A stretch of DNA of 34,316 nt from an uncultured Pseudobdellovibrionaceae bacterium (GTDB lineage Bacteria > Bdellovibrionota > Bdellovibrionia > Bdellovibrionales > JAGQZY01), in NCBI GenBank assembly GCA_964523195.1, contig CAZFYV010000002.1, positions 1-34,316 on the forward strand, given 5' to 3'. The translations under genes were made by a program, and so were the position numbers. Below are positions 16,122-24,467 of the stretch, piece after piece (the first letter of the stretch is position 1; each line of letters opens with the position of its first letter). Under the pieces are notes generated by a model. It saw only the letters and a list, made by a program, of their open reading frames with translations. It was not told where the DNA came from and made no database searches.

Positions 16122-16727
16122 ATGAAACGTTTAGGAATCAAAATCGCAATTTTAGGCTTATTTGCTAGCTTCAATGTATTCGCTATGGATGTGGACTTAA
16201 AGGAGAGTAAGGCTGTTTGGACTGGAACAAAAGTTGTTGGCAGTAGCCATACCGGAGAAATTAAAATCAAAAATGCTGATATTAAGGTCAAAAATAATGA
16301 GCCAGTATCGGCTACGATTGTAATGGATATGAAAAGTATCACGAATACAGATTTAAAAGATAAGTCATTTAATAAAAAGCTGGTTGAGCATTTAACTTCT
16401 GCAGATTTTTTTGATGTTCAGAAGTTTTCGACTTCTACTCTGAATATTACCAACATTCAGAAAGCCTCTGATAAATTTTATCTTCTATCTGGGAAGTTAA
16501 AAATTAAGGGTGTTGAAAAACCAGTTAAACTTAAAGCTTCTGTGGTTAAAGAGAACAAGGATATGAAACAAGTCAGTGTTGATTTCACATTTGATAGAAC
16601 AAACTGGGGAATCAAATATGGATCTGGATCATTCTTTAAAGGTCTTGGTGATAAGATGATTTCTGATGAAGTGAACCTCAAGGTAAATCTAACGATCAAA
16701 AAACCAAGTAAAGTAGCTGCAAAGTAA
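16122..16727 (+). CDS. YceI family periplasmic (polyisoprenoid-binding) protein
   Basis: Signal peptide. The W.G.K......H.G pattern (VWTGTKVVGSSHTGEI) and the length are typical of YceI-like proteins. AAGGAG RBS. Confidence 0.75.
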   Translation: MKRLGIKIAILGLFASFNVFAMDVDLKESKAVWTGTKVVGSSHTGEIKIKNADIKVKNNEPVSATIVMDMKSITNTDLKDKSFNKKLVEHLTSADFFDVQKFSTSTLNITNIQKASDKFYLLSGKLKIKGVEKPVKLKASVVKENKDMKQVSVDFTFDRTNWGIKYGSGSFFKGLGDKMISDEVNLKVNLTIKKPSKVAAK

Positions 16728-16756
16728 ATTAATATAATTAGTAGAAGGAATGTGCC

Positions 16757-17692
16757 ATGGGACAACTAGTGGAAGGTAAATGGGTTGATTCAGATGTAAG
16801 AGTTGGAGCAAAAAGTTCACGAGGTGAATTTTTACGTAAACCGGTGACATTTAGAAATCATATTAGTAATGAATCTGAGTTTTTACCCGAATCTGGTCGA
16901 TATCACCTTTATGTCTCCTATGCGTGCCCATGGGCTCATCGAACTTTGATAATGAGAAATTTAAAGGGACTTAAAGATCACATTAGTGTTGATGTGGTCT
17001 CACCAGTGATGTTGGGTGATGGTTGGACTTTCAAAAAAGATTTTGACCGAGTACCGCATGATTCTTTATTTGGTTTTGAGTTCCTTCGAGATGTTTATAC
17101 GAAATCTGATCCTAAGTTTACTGGGCGTGTAACAGTGCCAATCCTTTGGGATAAGAAAACGGGTCAGATTGTTAACAATGAGTCCTCTGAGATTATTAGA
17201 ATTTTTAACTCAGAGTTCAACTCACTCACTGGTAACCAGGATGACTATTACCCTGAAGAACTTCATAAGGAAATTGAAGCTTGGAATGATCTGATTTACC
17301 CAAATATTAACAACGGAGTTTATCGTTGTGGATTTGCAAGGAGCCAAGAGGCTTATGAAGAAGCTTTCGATGGCTTGTTCTCAGCTTTAGATAAAGTGAA
17401 TCAAACCCTCGAAGAAAAAAAATGGCTGTGTGGGGATAAATTGACCGAAGCAGATATAAGGTTGTTCCCGACATTGGCGAGGTTCGATAGTGTTTATCAC
17501 ACCCATTTTAAATGTAATGGGAAATTGATTTCTCAATACGAGGGGTTGAGCCGATATTTGAAAACGTTTTTAGAAATAGAAGGAATTAGAGAAACTCTAA
17601 ATCTAGAACATATAAAACACCATTATTTTTATTCACACGAAACTGTGAATCCCTCTCGAGTGGTCGCAAAGGGTCCACTTGAATTATTTTAG
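16757..17692 (+). CDS. yqjG: Xi-class glutathione S-transferase / glutathionyl-hydroquinone reductase (YqjG/ECM4 family)
   Basis: GRYHLYVSYACPWAHRTLI carries the CPWA active site. The TVPILWDK and NNESSEIIR motifs are also present. Confidence 0.85.
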   Translation: MGQLVEGKWVDSDVRVGAKSSRGEFLRKPVTFRNHISNESEFLPESGRYHLYVSYACPWAHRTLIMRNLKGLKDHISVDVVSPVMLGDGWTFKKDFDRVPHDSLFGFEFLRDVYTKSDPKFTGRVTVPILWDKKTGQIVNNESSEIIRIFNSEFNSLTGNQDDYYPEELHKEIEAWNDLIYPNINNGVYRCGFARSQEAYEEAFDGLFSALDKVNQTLEEKKWLCGDKLTEADIRLFPTLARFDSVYHTHFKCNGKLISQYEGLSRYLKTFLEIEGIRETLNLEHIKHHYFYSHETVNPSRVVAKGPLELF

Positions 17693-17704
17693 AAAGGAGG
17701 AGGC

Positions 17705-18427
17705 ATGGACTTTAAGCTGCACAAAGCCGAAACACGAGGAAGAGCTGATCACGGCTGGTTGAGAAGCGCACATAGCTTTAGTTTTGCATCATACTATAAC
17801 CCTGAACGAATGGGCTTTGGAATGCTCAGGGTAATCAACGATGACCATGTAGCTCCAGGCCAAGGCTTTCCGAGTCATCCTCACCAGAATATGGAGATTA
17901 TTTCTGTACCATTAAAAGGAAGTCTTCGTCATAAGGATAGCGAAGGTAATAGCGCTGTTATTCAGAGTGGTGAAGTTCAGCTAATGTCGGCAGGCAAAGG
18001 TGTCTTCCATTCTGAGTTCAATAACTCAGAAACGGAAGATGTAAACTTTCTTCAGATCTGGGTTATGCCGAAGAAGCAAAATATTGTACCTCGATATGAT
18101 CAAAAGGAATTCCATGAAGAGGCACGAAAAAATCAACTTCAAATGATCGTTTCCCCCATTGGAACTGAATTCGAGACAGTAAAAATAAACCAAGATGCTT
18201 ACTTTTACTTGTCTGATTTAAGCGCCGAAGAGTCGATCAACGTAGAGACTCGACATGAAGGGAACGGACTCTATATTTTTAGTATTGAGGGTGATTTTTC
18301 TGTTGCTGGTACAGAGTTATCGACTCGAGATGCTCTCGGAATTGAAGGGGTTGATGGGGTAAATATTCTGGCCCGAACGGATTCTAAGATCCTGATAATT
18401 GAAGTCCCAATGTCACATACTTCCTAA
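17705..18427 (+). CDS. Pirin family protein (bicupin)
   Basis: RGRADHGWL...SFSFA...GFPSHPHQNMEIISVPLKGSLRHKDS is the pirin metal-binding motif. AGGAGGAGG RBS. Confidence 0.85.
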   Translation: MDFKLHKAETRGRADHGWLRSAHSFSFASYYNPERMGFGMLRVINDDHVAPGQGFPSHPHQNMEIISVPLKGSLRHKDSEGNSAVIQSGEVQLMSAGKGVFHSEFNNSETEDVNFLQIWVMPKKQNIVPRYDQKEFHEEARKNQLQMIVSPIGTEFETVKINQDAYFYLSDLSAEESINVETRHEGNGLYIFSIEGDFSVAGTELSTRDALGIEGVDGVNILARTDSKILIIEVPMSHTS

Positions 18428-18502
18428 GAGTTGGGGGTAAATGCGCCCCCACTCATCTTAATGAGAATAATTAATCTTAATAATTTCAGGCACTTATAAT
18501 AT

Positions 18503-18572
18503 TTCAAACGTTTGTTTGAAAAAGTTCTTTACTTTTCATTCTATCTGACGATAATTAAAACAAACGTTTGAA
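18503..18572 (+). promoter_or_regulatory. Putative promoter flanked by twin CAAACGTTTG palindromes (candidate TetR operators)
   Basis: CAAACGTTTG occurs at 18505-18514 and at 18561-18570. Between them lie TTTACT (18528-18533), 16 nt, GATAAT (18550-18555). Confidence 0.4.
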
Positions 18573-18603
18573 TTACTCATCCGTGGATATTTTTGAGGTT
18601 ATT

Positions 18604-20118
18604 ATGAAGGTTCCTAGAAAGTCGGAAAATCCAGTTAGTCTGAGCTCCGCAGTTAGAAGTTTTCCTATCATCTTGATTCTAGTTTTGAGTCTAACAAATG
18701 TCGCAAATGGACAGTCGGGAGTGTTTCAACTTTCCGAATCGAGCTTAATAGATAGTGTGAAACAGTCGAACCCCCGTTTGAAAGATATAAAAGCTCAGCT
18801 AGAGGCAAGTAACTTTCAGACAACATCATTTGATGAAAGGTTTCAGTGGAATGTGACAGGTAAAGTGAGCCACTCTGATTCTAATGAAAAGGCGATAGCT
18901 GCGTTTTTTCCAACTTTTGGACCGACTTATCGTTATGAAACCGGATTGAATAAGAAACTAAAATATGGTGTCCAATTTGATGCGGGTGTTTTCGTTGATC
19001 AGCAATCAACTACTAACAAGGTGATTGATCAAGCTACGAGAACAGGAGTGACTCTTGGGTTTTCAGTAGATCTCTGGCGAAACCTTTTTGGCCGGATTGA
19101 TCGTGCTCAATATAGTGACATGAATGATATGAATAAGCGATCTCAACTTCAGGCAGATATCAACAGCAAAGTAGTCATGCTTGAGATGCGAAAACTATAT
19201 TGGTCAATCGTTGCCAATGATCTGCAGACTAAGATTACTCAACAACTACTAAAGACATCTCAAAACCAACTTAATCAGGCTAGAAAACGAGGCCAGCAAT
19301 TTATTGCAGACAAAGGAGAGATCGCAAGATACAGGGCTCAGGTAAATTCTAGGGTGGCTACTATTAAATCTTTAGAATACCAAAGAGACCTTTTAATCCA
19401 GTCGCTTAAGCAGTCTGTACCTCATTTATCTTCCAACCAAATTAGATTGGCTCCAGTCGATCTCGATAAAAATTATGTAAATATATATAAATGTGCGCAA
19501 AAAATTGGAGCTTATAAAGAGATACCTTGGGACAATACAAAGATTGATGAAATTTTAAGTTTGGTTGAGTCTAGTTACAAGAGCAAAAGAATCGTTACAA
19601 ATAGATATTCTGATGTCGACTTGAAACTCAGTTCGAGATTGCAAAACTCGGGAGTAGATAAAGGGTACTCAGATTCATTTGATGACTTTAGTGGTAATGG
19701 GCAAATTGGTTATCAGGTAGCAATTGAGCTTAGTCTGCCACTTGGTAGCTCCAGAAGTAAGTCCAAGCAAAGTCAGGAGTCGGTTGATTACAACAGATTC
19801 CTCTCAGAAAAAAATCAATTGTTAGGTCAGGCCCAGGCTAAGCACACTCAAATCGTGAGTATGGTAGGCCTACTAAAACAAGCTGTCGAAAGCCTCAAGC
19901 GTAACGGTGACAATTTGGCGACCTCAATTCGAGTCAGTAAAAGAAAGTTCAAACAAGCAAGAATTTCTATTAATGATTTAATCGCAGAACAAGACGCACT
20001 TTTAAACTCGAGGCTCAGTGAGGTTGATACAAAACTTCAAGTTATTCACACTTTGCTCGACTACTTCCAAACATTTACCGAAGATGACTGCAACAGTACT
20101 TTGATAGGAGCTCTCTAA
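18604..20118 (+). CDS. TolC family outer membrane efflux protein (OMF)
   Basis: Signal peptide and long coiled-coil-rich repeats typical of OEP proteins. ATG at 18604 follows a GAGG RBS. The track start (TTG at 18568) sits inside the operator palindrome. Confidence 0.8.
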   Translation: MKVPRKSENPVSLSSAVRSFPIILILVLSLTNVANGQSGVFQLSESSLIDSVKQSNPRLKDIKAQLEASNFQTTSFDERFQWNVTGKVSHSDSNEKAIAAFFPTFGPTYRYETGLNKKLKYGVQFDAGVFVDQQSTTNKVIDQATRTGVTLGFSVDLWRNLFGRIDRAQYSDMNDMNKRSQLQADINSKVVMLEMRKLYWSIVANDLQTKITQQLLKTSQNQLNQARKRGQQFIADKGEIARYRAQVNSRVATIKSLEYQRDLLIQSLKQSVPHLSSNQIRLAPVDLDKNYVNIYKCAQKIGAYKEIPWDNTKIDEILSLVESSYKSKRIVTNRYSDVDLKLSSRLQNSGVDKGYSDSFDDFSGNGQIGYQVAIELSLPLGSSRSKSKQSQESVDYNRFLSEKNQLLGQAQAKHTQIVSMVGLLKQAVESLKRNGDNLATSIRVSKRKFKQARISINDLIAEQDALLNSRLSEVDTKLQVIHTLLDYFQTFTEDDCNSTLIGAL

Positions 20119-23100
20119 TGACTAAGGTTGCTGAATTTTTTCTAAATAACAAAAAGTTTACTATCGTACTAATGCTGTTCGTTTCTCTCTTTGGGATAGG
20201 TGGCTTTTTACAATTAAACGCAGAATCATTTCCAGCTGTTGATTTTGCAATGGCTCAGGTTACAACGGTTTACGACGGTGCCTCGGCTAAGGTTGTAGAG
20301 AGTAAGATTACAAAACCGATCGAAGATGAGCTAAGGGGTGTCAGTGGTATTAAAGATGTTCGTTCGGTGAGTCAGGCTGGCCTAAGTACAATTTTTATTC
20401 GAGGAGATATCGATAATGTCAGTGTGCCACGGCTCATGACCGACCTTCAACGGGCTGTGGATAAAGCGAAGTTACCAAGTGATTTAAAAGATCCGCCTGT
20501 ATTCTTGGAATTGAAATCAGAAGAATTTCCTGTTGCTGAGATTGCTATAATTGGTCCAAATATCGATAGGTCTAGAGATGTTGTTGCTGATCTTTTAAAA
20601 GAGGAAATTGAGGATGATAAAAATATATTAAATGTCCGAGAAGTTGGTTTTCAAGAAAGGTCATTTGAAATTCTACTAGATCGCAACAAAATGATTGAAG
20701 CTCACGTTGGCGTGAATGAAGTAGTTCGTGCTATTGAGTCCCGGAATGTTAATATCCCTGGGGGACACATTGAAAAAGACTCTTCTCAAAAACTATTGCG
20801 TATCGAAGGTAAAGTTCATTCAGTTTCGGAACTAAAGGATATTCTGATTCGCTCAAACGCTTCAGGAGAAGCAATTTATTTAAAGGATGTGGCGCAGATT
20901 AAAGATGGAGAAGAAGTTGCTAGAGTCTATTCCAGATACAATGAAGAGCCAGCTACATTATTAATTGCGACCAAAAAGGCCGGTGCAGATACAATTGCCT
21001 TGGTTGATGGAGTCGACCAAAAGATTAAGTTGTTCCAAGAAAAATATGCCGGAACATACGAATTCGTAGTTTATAACAATGAGGCATTGAAAGTTAAAAA
21101 TCGAGTTTCAGTTTTAGCGGGTAATGCTGTTAGTGGTTTGGCCCTTGTTATTCTCTTTTTACTCATCTTTCTTCCAGGAAAAATAGGAATTATGGCGAGT
21201 CTTTCATTGCCTCTTGCGGTTGTGGGTGCTGTTGGATTTATGCCTACTTTTGGAATGAATTTAGATGCTGTGACGATATTAGCTCTAGTGATCGCAATTG
21301 GTATGCTTGTGGATAACTCTGTTGTTATCTCGGAGAACTATTCGAGGCTACTTGGAGATGGTAAGTCCCCAAGGGATGCCATGATGAGTTCTATAAAGAC
21401 TCTTTGGTTACCTATTTCGGTTACGGCATTTACTACAATTGCTGCTTTTTTACCGATGTTGGTTACTAAAGGGATTATGGGGCAATTCATTAAGTTTATT
21501 CCTATAATCGTTACTATTTCTCTGCTTTTAAGTTTAGTTGAATCCTTTTTCTTTTTACCGACTCGATTAGAGGGGGTTATTCGATCAGGAGAAAAAACAA
21601 AAAAAACCGATGATTGGTTCCAGAGAAAGTTCATTCCTGGTTTTGAGAACTTAATGCTTAAGGTTGTAAAACATAGGTATATTACACTTGTCGTATTTTC
21701 AGGGTTATTGGTTTTCTCTGTTGTAATGATGACAGTATTTAATAAATTTGAACTTTTCCCACCAGATCAGACTGAAATCTATGCCGTCAGAGTAACCATG
21801 CCTGAGAGTTCACGTTTGGATACTACCGATAAGGAAATGCAGGTCTTATCAAAAGAAATAGCTAAGGTTCTAGAAGGTAAAGTTGATCATATAGTTGCCC
21901 GTTCAGGTGTTTCTACTATGGGTCCAAATGATCCAAAGGCCCGTGAAAGTGACGACGTCGGAATCATTCTGCTTTATGTGAATGAAGACGCCAAGCTAAA
22001 TGTGCCGCACACTGAGGTATTGAGTCTTCTTAGAACAATAAAGCCACCTAGTGCTAGTCTTGAATTTGAAGCCATGATCAATGGACCACCAGTAGGAGAT
22101 CCTGTTAACGCTACATTTAGGTCAAGTAATGCGGAAAGCTTGGATAAAGTTGTAAACGACATTGTTAAAACCATTGCTGAAGTTGAGGGAGTTAGAAACC
22201 CTAAAATACAAGATGTTATCGGTGATAAAGAGGTTTATGTCGAAATTGATTACCAAAAGGCGGATCGTCTAGGATTAAATGTGAACTCCGTCGGTAATGC
22301 TATAAGAACTGCAATTTCTGGTAAAACAGTTTCGGATGTGAATCTAAACAATAAAGAAGTAGATCTGTTTGTTCGGTTCAAAGACGAATATAGAGAATCA
22401 GTTCAGGATTTAGGTGAAATTAAAGTTTTGGGTCGAAACGGCTATTTGGTGCCTTTATCGGCATTCGCTGATTTCCGAGAGCAAAAAGGAACTCCACAAA
22501 TAAAGCGCTATGATTACAGACGATCGAGAACAGTGACTGCTAACATAGATACTGATGTTACAACATCTACTCAGGTGAATGGGTTAGTTGAAAAACGTTT
22601 TGCTGAGCTCAAAAAAGAGTATAAAGATGTTTCTCTCGTTTTTGGTGGAGAGCAGGAGAGTACCAATGAGTCTATGGAAAGTTTAGCCAGTGCTATGGTT
22701 CTTTCTTTGATTGGTATTTTTGCTCTGCTTGTGTTTCTTTTAAATTCCTTTATTCGTCCAATTATTATTATGTCTACGATTCCGCTCGGCCTATTGGGTT
22801 TTTCCATCGCGTTTGCTTTGCACGGTCGTCCGGTGAGCTTTTTGGCATTGATTGGTGTTATTGGATTGGGGGGAATAATTGTAAACTCTGGAATTATCTT
22901 GATTACTTTTATCGAAGAACTGAAGCAAGAGACTGACTTGGGTTTGCGTGAGATTTTAGCAAAAGCTTCAGGGTTAAGATTGAGAGCAGTTGTAGTGAGT
23001 TCATTGACAACCATCAGTGGTTTGTTGCCTACTGCTTACGGAATAGGTGGATCTGATCCGATCCTAGTTCCAATGACTCTTGCCATGGCGTGGGGTCTCA

Positions 23101-23282
23101 CGAGCGGAACTATTTTGACGCTTGTTTGGGTTCCGGCATTTTACGCAATTCTCGAAGATATTTCGGGCTTTTTTGATCGCTTATTAGGTCGAGATAAAGA
23201 TGGTACTACTTCTAGTCACAATGGTATTCGAGAGTTGGATCGCAACGGTGTAGAAAAGCCTGCGATGTCAGGGCAGGTTTAG
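20118..23282 (+). CDS. RND family efflux transporter permease (AcrB/CzcA-like, 12 TM)
   Basis: 1054 aa with a typical N-terminus (FFLNNKKFTIVLMLFVSLFGIGGFLQL..ESFP) and two large periplasmic loops. Its start overlaps the OMF stop (TAATG at 20116-20120). Confidence 0.9.
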   Translation: MTKVAEFFLNNKKFTIVLMLFVSLFGIGGFLQLNAESFPAVDFAMAQVTTVYDGASAKVVESKITKPIEDELRGVSGIKDVRSVSQAGLSTIFIRGDIDNVSVPRLMTDLQRAVDKAKLPSDLKDPPVFLELKSEEFPVAEIAIIGPNIDRSRDVVADLLKEEIEDDKNILNVREVGFQERSFEILLDRNKMIEAHVGVNEVVRAIESRNVNIPGGHIEKDSSQKLLRIEGKVHSVSELKDILIRSNASGEAIYLKDVAQIKDGEEVARVYSRYNEEPATLLIATKKAGADTIALVDGVDQKIKLFQEKYAGTYEFVVYNNEALKVKNRVSVLAGNAVSGLALVILFLLIFLPGKIGIMASLSLPLAVVGAVGFMPTFGMNLDAVTILALVIAIGMLVDNSVVISENYSRLLGDGKSPRDAMMSSIKTLWLPISVTAFTTIAAFLPMLVTKGIMGQFIKFIPIIVTISLLLSLVESFFFLPTRLEGVIRSGEKTKKTDDWFQRKFIPGFENLMLKVVKHRYITLVVFSGLLVFSVVMMTVFNKFELFPPDQTEIYAVRVTMPESSRLDTTDKEMQVLSKEIAKVLEGKVDHIVARSGVSTMGPNDPKARESDDVGIILLYVNEDAKLNVPHTEVLSLLRTIKPPSASLEFEAMINGPPVGDPVNATFRSSNAESLDKVVNDIVKTIAEVEGVRNPKIQDVIGDKEVYVEIDYQKADRLGLNVNSVGNAIRTAISGKTVSDVNLNNKEVDLFVRFKDEYRESVQDLGEIKVLGRNGYLVPLSAFADFREQKGTPQIKRYDYRRSRTVTANIDTDVTTSTQVNGLVEKRFAELKKEYKDVSLVFGGEQESTNESMESLASAMVLSLIGIFALLVFLLNSFIRPIIIMSTIPLGLLGFSIAFALHGRPVSFLALIGVIGLGGIIVNSGIILITFIEELKQETDLGLREILAKASGLRLRAVVVSSLTTISGLLPTAYGIGGSDPILVPMTLAMAWGLTSGTILTLVWVPAFYAILEDISGFFDRLLGRDKDGTTSSHNGIRELDRNGVEKPAMSGQV

Positions 23283-23298
23283 GTCTAGAGGTGAAGAT

Positions 23299-23934
23299 AT
23301 GAATACAGTCGACACTAAATCAAAAATTCTTAATGTTGCTCAAGATCTTTTTGCTGAAAAAGGTTTTGATGGCGCTTCCATTCGCGATATAGCACAGAGA
23401 GCGGACGTCAATATTGCAGCAGTAAACTATCATTTTAAAAATAAGGAAAACCTCTATTGGAGTGTTTTTATTGGAGCTCATGAAATGCTTGAAGATGAGC
23501 TTCAAGCGCTTAGTAATAAATGTTCCTCCTTGAAAGAGATGATGTGGCAGGCTTTTTTGTTTTTAGAAGAAAATTCCGCGGCTCTTCGGTCTGCTTTTTT
23601 AATAATGTTATCAGATTCCTTTCCAAGTATAGATCCAGAGCGATATGAAGAACTAATGGGGAAGAAAAAGGAATTTGGCCCTCCCGGGGGCAAATATGTT
23701 TTCGATTTTTTATCTAAAGAAGCTGGGAGTGGTGTAAACCGCGAGTTGCTAGAATGGGGTGTTCAAGTCCTTTTTACTGAGTTAGTTCATTGGGTACTTT
23801 TAAAGAGCGGAGCTCATTGTAATCAACTTTATAAGGATCACCCACATATGGCGAATGAGTGGCGTAAAAAAAGTGTGGAGATGCATATTGAAGCTGTAAT
23901 CCTATACTTGAAGTCTGAAGCGAGTAAGAACTAG
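23299..23934 (+). CDS. TetR/AcrR family transcriptional regulator
   Basis: N-terminal HTH ILNVAQDLFAEKGFDGASIRDIAQRADVNIAAVNYHFKNKENLY. It lies 16 nt after the RND stop. Confidence 0.85.
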   Translation: MNTVDTKSKILNVAQDLFAEKGFDGASIRDIAQRADVNIAAVNYHFKNKENLYWSVFIGAHEMLEDELQALSNKCSSLKEMMWQAFLFLEENSAALRSAFLIMLSDSFPSIDPERYEELMGKKKEFGPPGGKYVFDFLSKEAGSGVNRELLEWGVQVLFTELVHWVLLKSGAHCNQLYKDHPHMANEWRKKSVEMHIEAVILYLKSEASKN

Positions 23935-23946
23935 ACCTTATCACGG

Positions 23947-23955
23947 TGATATAAT
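23947..23955 (+). promoter_or_regulatory. Extended -10 promoter element upstream of the small lipoprotein gene
   Basis: TGaTATAAT at 23947-23955. No good -35 is present. Confidence 0.3.
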
Positions 23956-24019
23956 GGTTCCTTTTTTTTCCAACAGATGTGAGAATCATAGAACCAAAAT
24001 AATTCACCGGAGTATGATT

Positions 24020-24232
24020 ATGAGAACCCTTTTATTCGCGTCTATGGTTATTGTAGGATTATTATTCTCAGGTTGCGCAAGTAAAGAAAAGTACGATGAG
24101 GCAATGTTGGAAAAGTATCCACAGTGTTATCACATCAATATGAAAATCTTTAAAAAGTGTGTCAAAGAGAACGAAGCTGGTAAAAAGACAACCGCAATGG
24201 AAATTGAAAATCGCGGAATACCAATTCAATAA
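24020..24232 (+). CDS. Small lipoprotein (70 aa), function unknown
   Basis: MRTLLFASMVIVGLLFSGC carries the lipobox FSGC. GGAG (24009-24012) lies 7 nt before the ATG at 24020. The track ORF extends upstream without an RBS. Confidence 0.55.
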   Translation: MRTLLFASMVIVGLLFSGCASKEKYDEAMLEKYPQCYHINMKIFKKCVKENEAGKKTTAMEIENRGIPIQ

Positions 24233-24402
24233 CTTAGAAATATAACTCTTTGATATGGTGCGGCGGCCGCCTAGGTCGCTGATCCTATAATTCCTACAAA
24301 TTCCAGATCTGGATACTTCTCGACAAAATTGAGTACATCTGTTTGAAAACCTTCTGTTACTAATGGAGCTATCAGTGTAGTAGCAAATTGCACTGACTTT
24401 TG

Positions 24403-24418
24403 TGGCACTTCTTTTGCT
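24403..24418 (+). promoter_or_regulatory. Sigma-54 (RpoN) -24/-12 promoter
   Basis: TGGCAC (24403-24408) + TTCTT + TTGCT (24414-24418) exactly matches TGGCAC-N5-TTGCW. It is correctly oriented, about 50 nt upstream of the ATG at 24468. Confidence 0.55.
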
Positions 24419-24467
24419 GAATGCCCTAGGGTGGTGTCAAAAAAGACAAATGAAGACAGGGGGTAAC

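Noticed and set aside
15953-16342. A 129-aa minus-strand ORF spanning the lysR start, the intergenic region and the 5' end of yceI.
   Set aside because: It overlaps two well-supported genes and their control region, and it has no RBS or recognisable motifs.
18432-18451. A hairpin, TGGGGG-N8-CCCCCA, just after the pirin stop, considered as a terminator.
   Set aside because: No T-tract follows it, so it is at best a weak or rho-dependent stop. I did not list it as a feature.
18568-18603. The TTG-initiated 12-codon extension of the TolC-like ORF.
   Set aside because: The TTG lies inside the CAAACGTTTG operator palindrome and has no RBS. The ATG at 18604 follows GAGG at good spacing and opens the signal peptide.
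21599-21606. An A8 homopolymer inside the RND coding region, considered as a possible slipped-strand phase-variation tract.
   Set aside because: It is short, encodes a Lys-rich loop (EKTKKTDD), and similar A/T runs are common throughout this AT-rich window. There is no evidence of variability from a single sequence.
22571-23014. A 147-aa antisense ORF inside the RND gene. Similar shadow ORFs occur at 21338..21634, 21974..22174, 27963..28349, 5161..5505, 8426..8883, 25824..26072 and 26651..27005.
   Set aside because: All lie fully within strongly supported genes, lack an RBS and have low-complexity or odd composition. They are typical shadow frames.
24262-24276. A NotI site (GCGGCCGC) fused to an AvrII site (CCTAGG), and a similar AvrII+KpnI juxtaposition at 34161-34170, which look polylinker-like and could indicate an engineered scar.
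   Set aside because: I count four CCTAGG sites in the window, about what base composition predicts. No vector-like or marker sequence flanks them. I interpret the GC-rich palindrome as a candidate protein-binding site instead.
24271-24455. A minus-strand frame that stays open for about 60 codons (...KSVQFATTLIAPLVTEGFQTDVLNFVEKYPDLEFVGIIGSAT*) in the gap between the lipoprotein and glycine-zipper genes. It could be a gene remnant.
   Set aside because: The frame has no ATG and no RBS, and I recognise no family motif. It overlaps the sigma-54 promoter and the start of the plus-strand gene. I treat it as non-coding regulatory DNA, although a decayed pseudogene cannot be excluded without a homology search.
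24402-24467. The N-terminal extension of the glycine-zipper ORF given in the track (MALLLLNALGWCQKRQMKTGGN...).
   Set aside because: It starts on a non-ATG codon with no RBS and runs straight through the sigma-54 -24/-12 element. The ATG at 24468 has a strong GGGGG RBS and opens a proper signal peptide.
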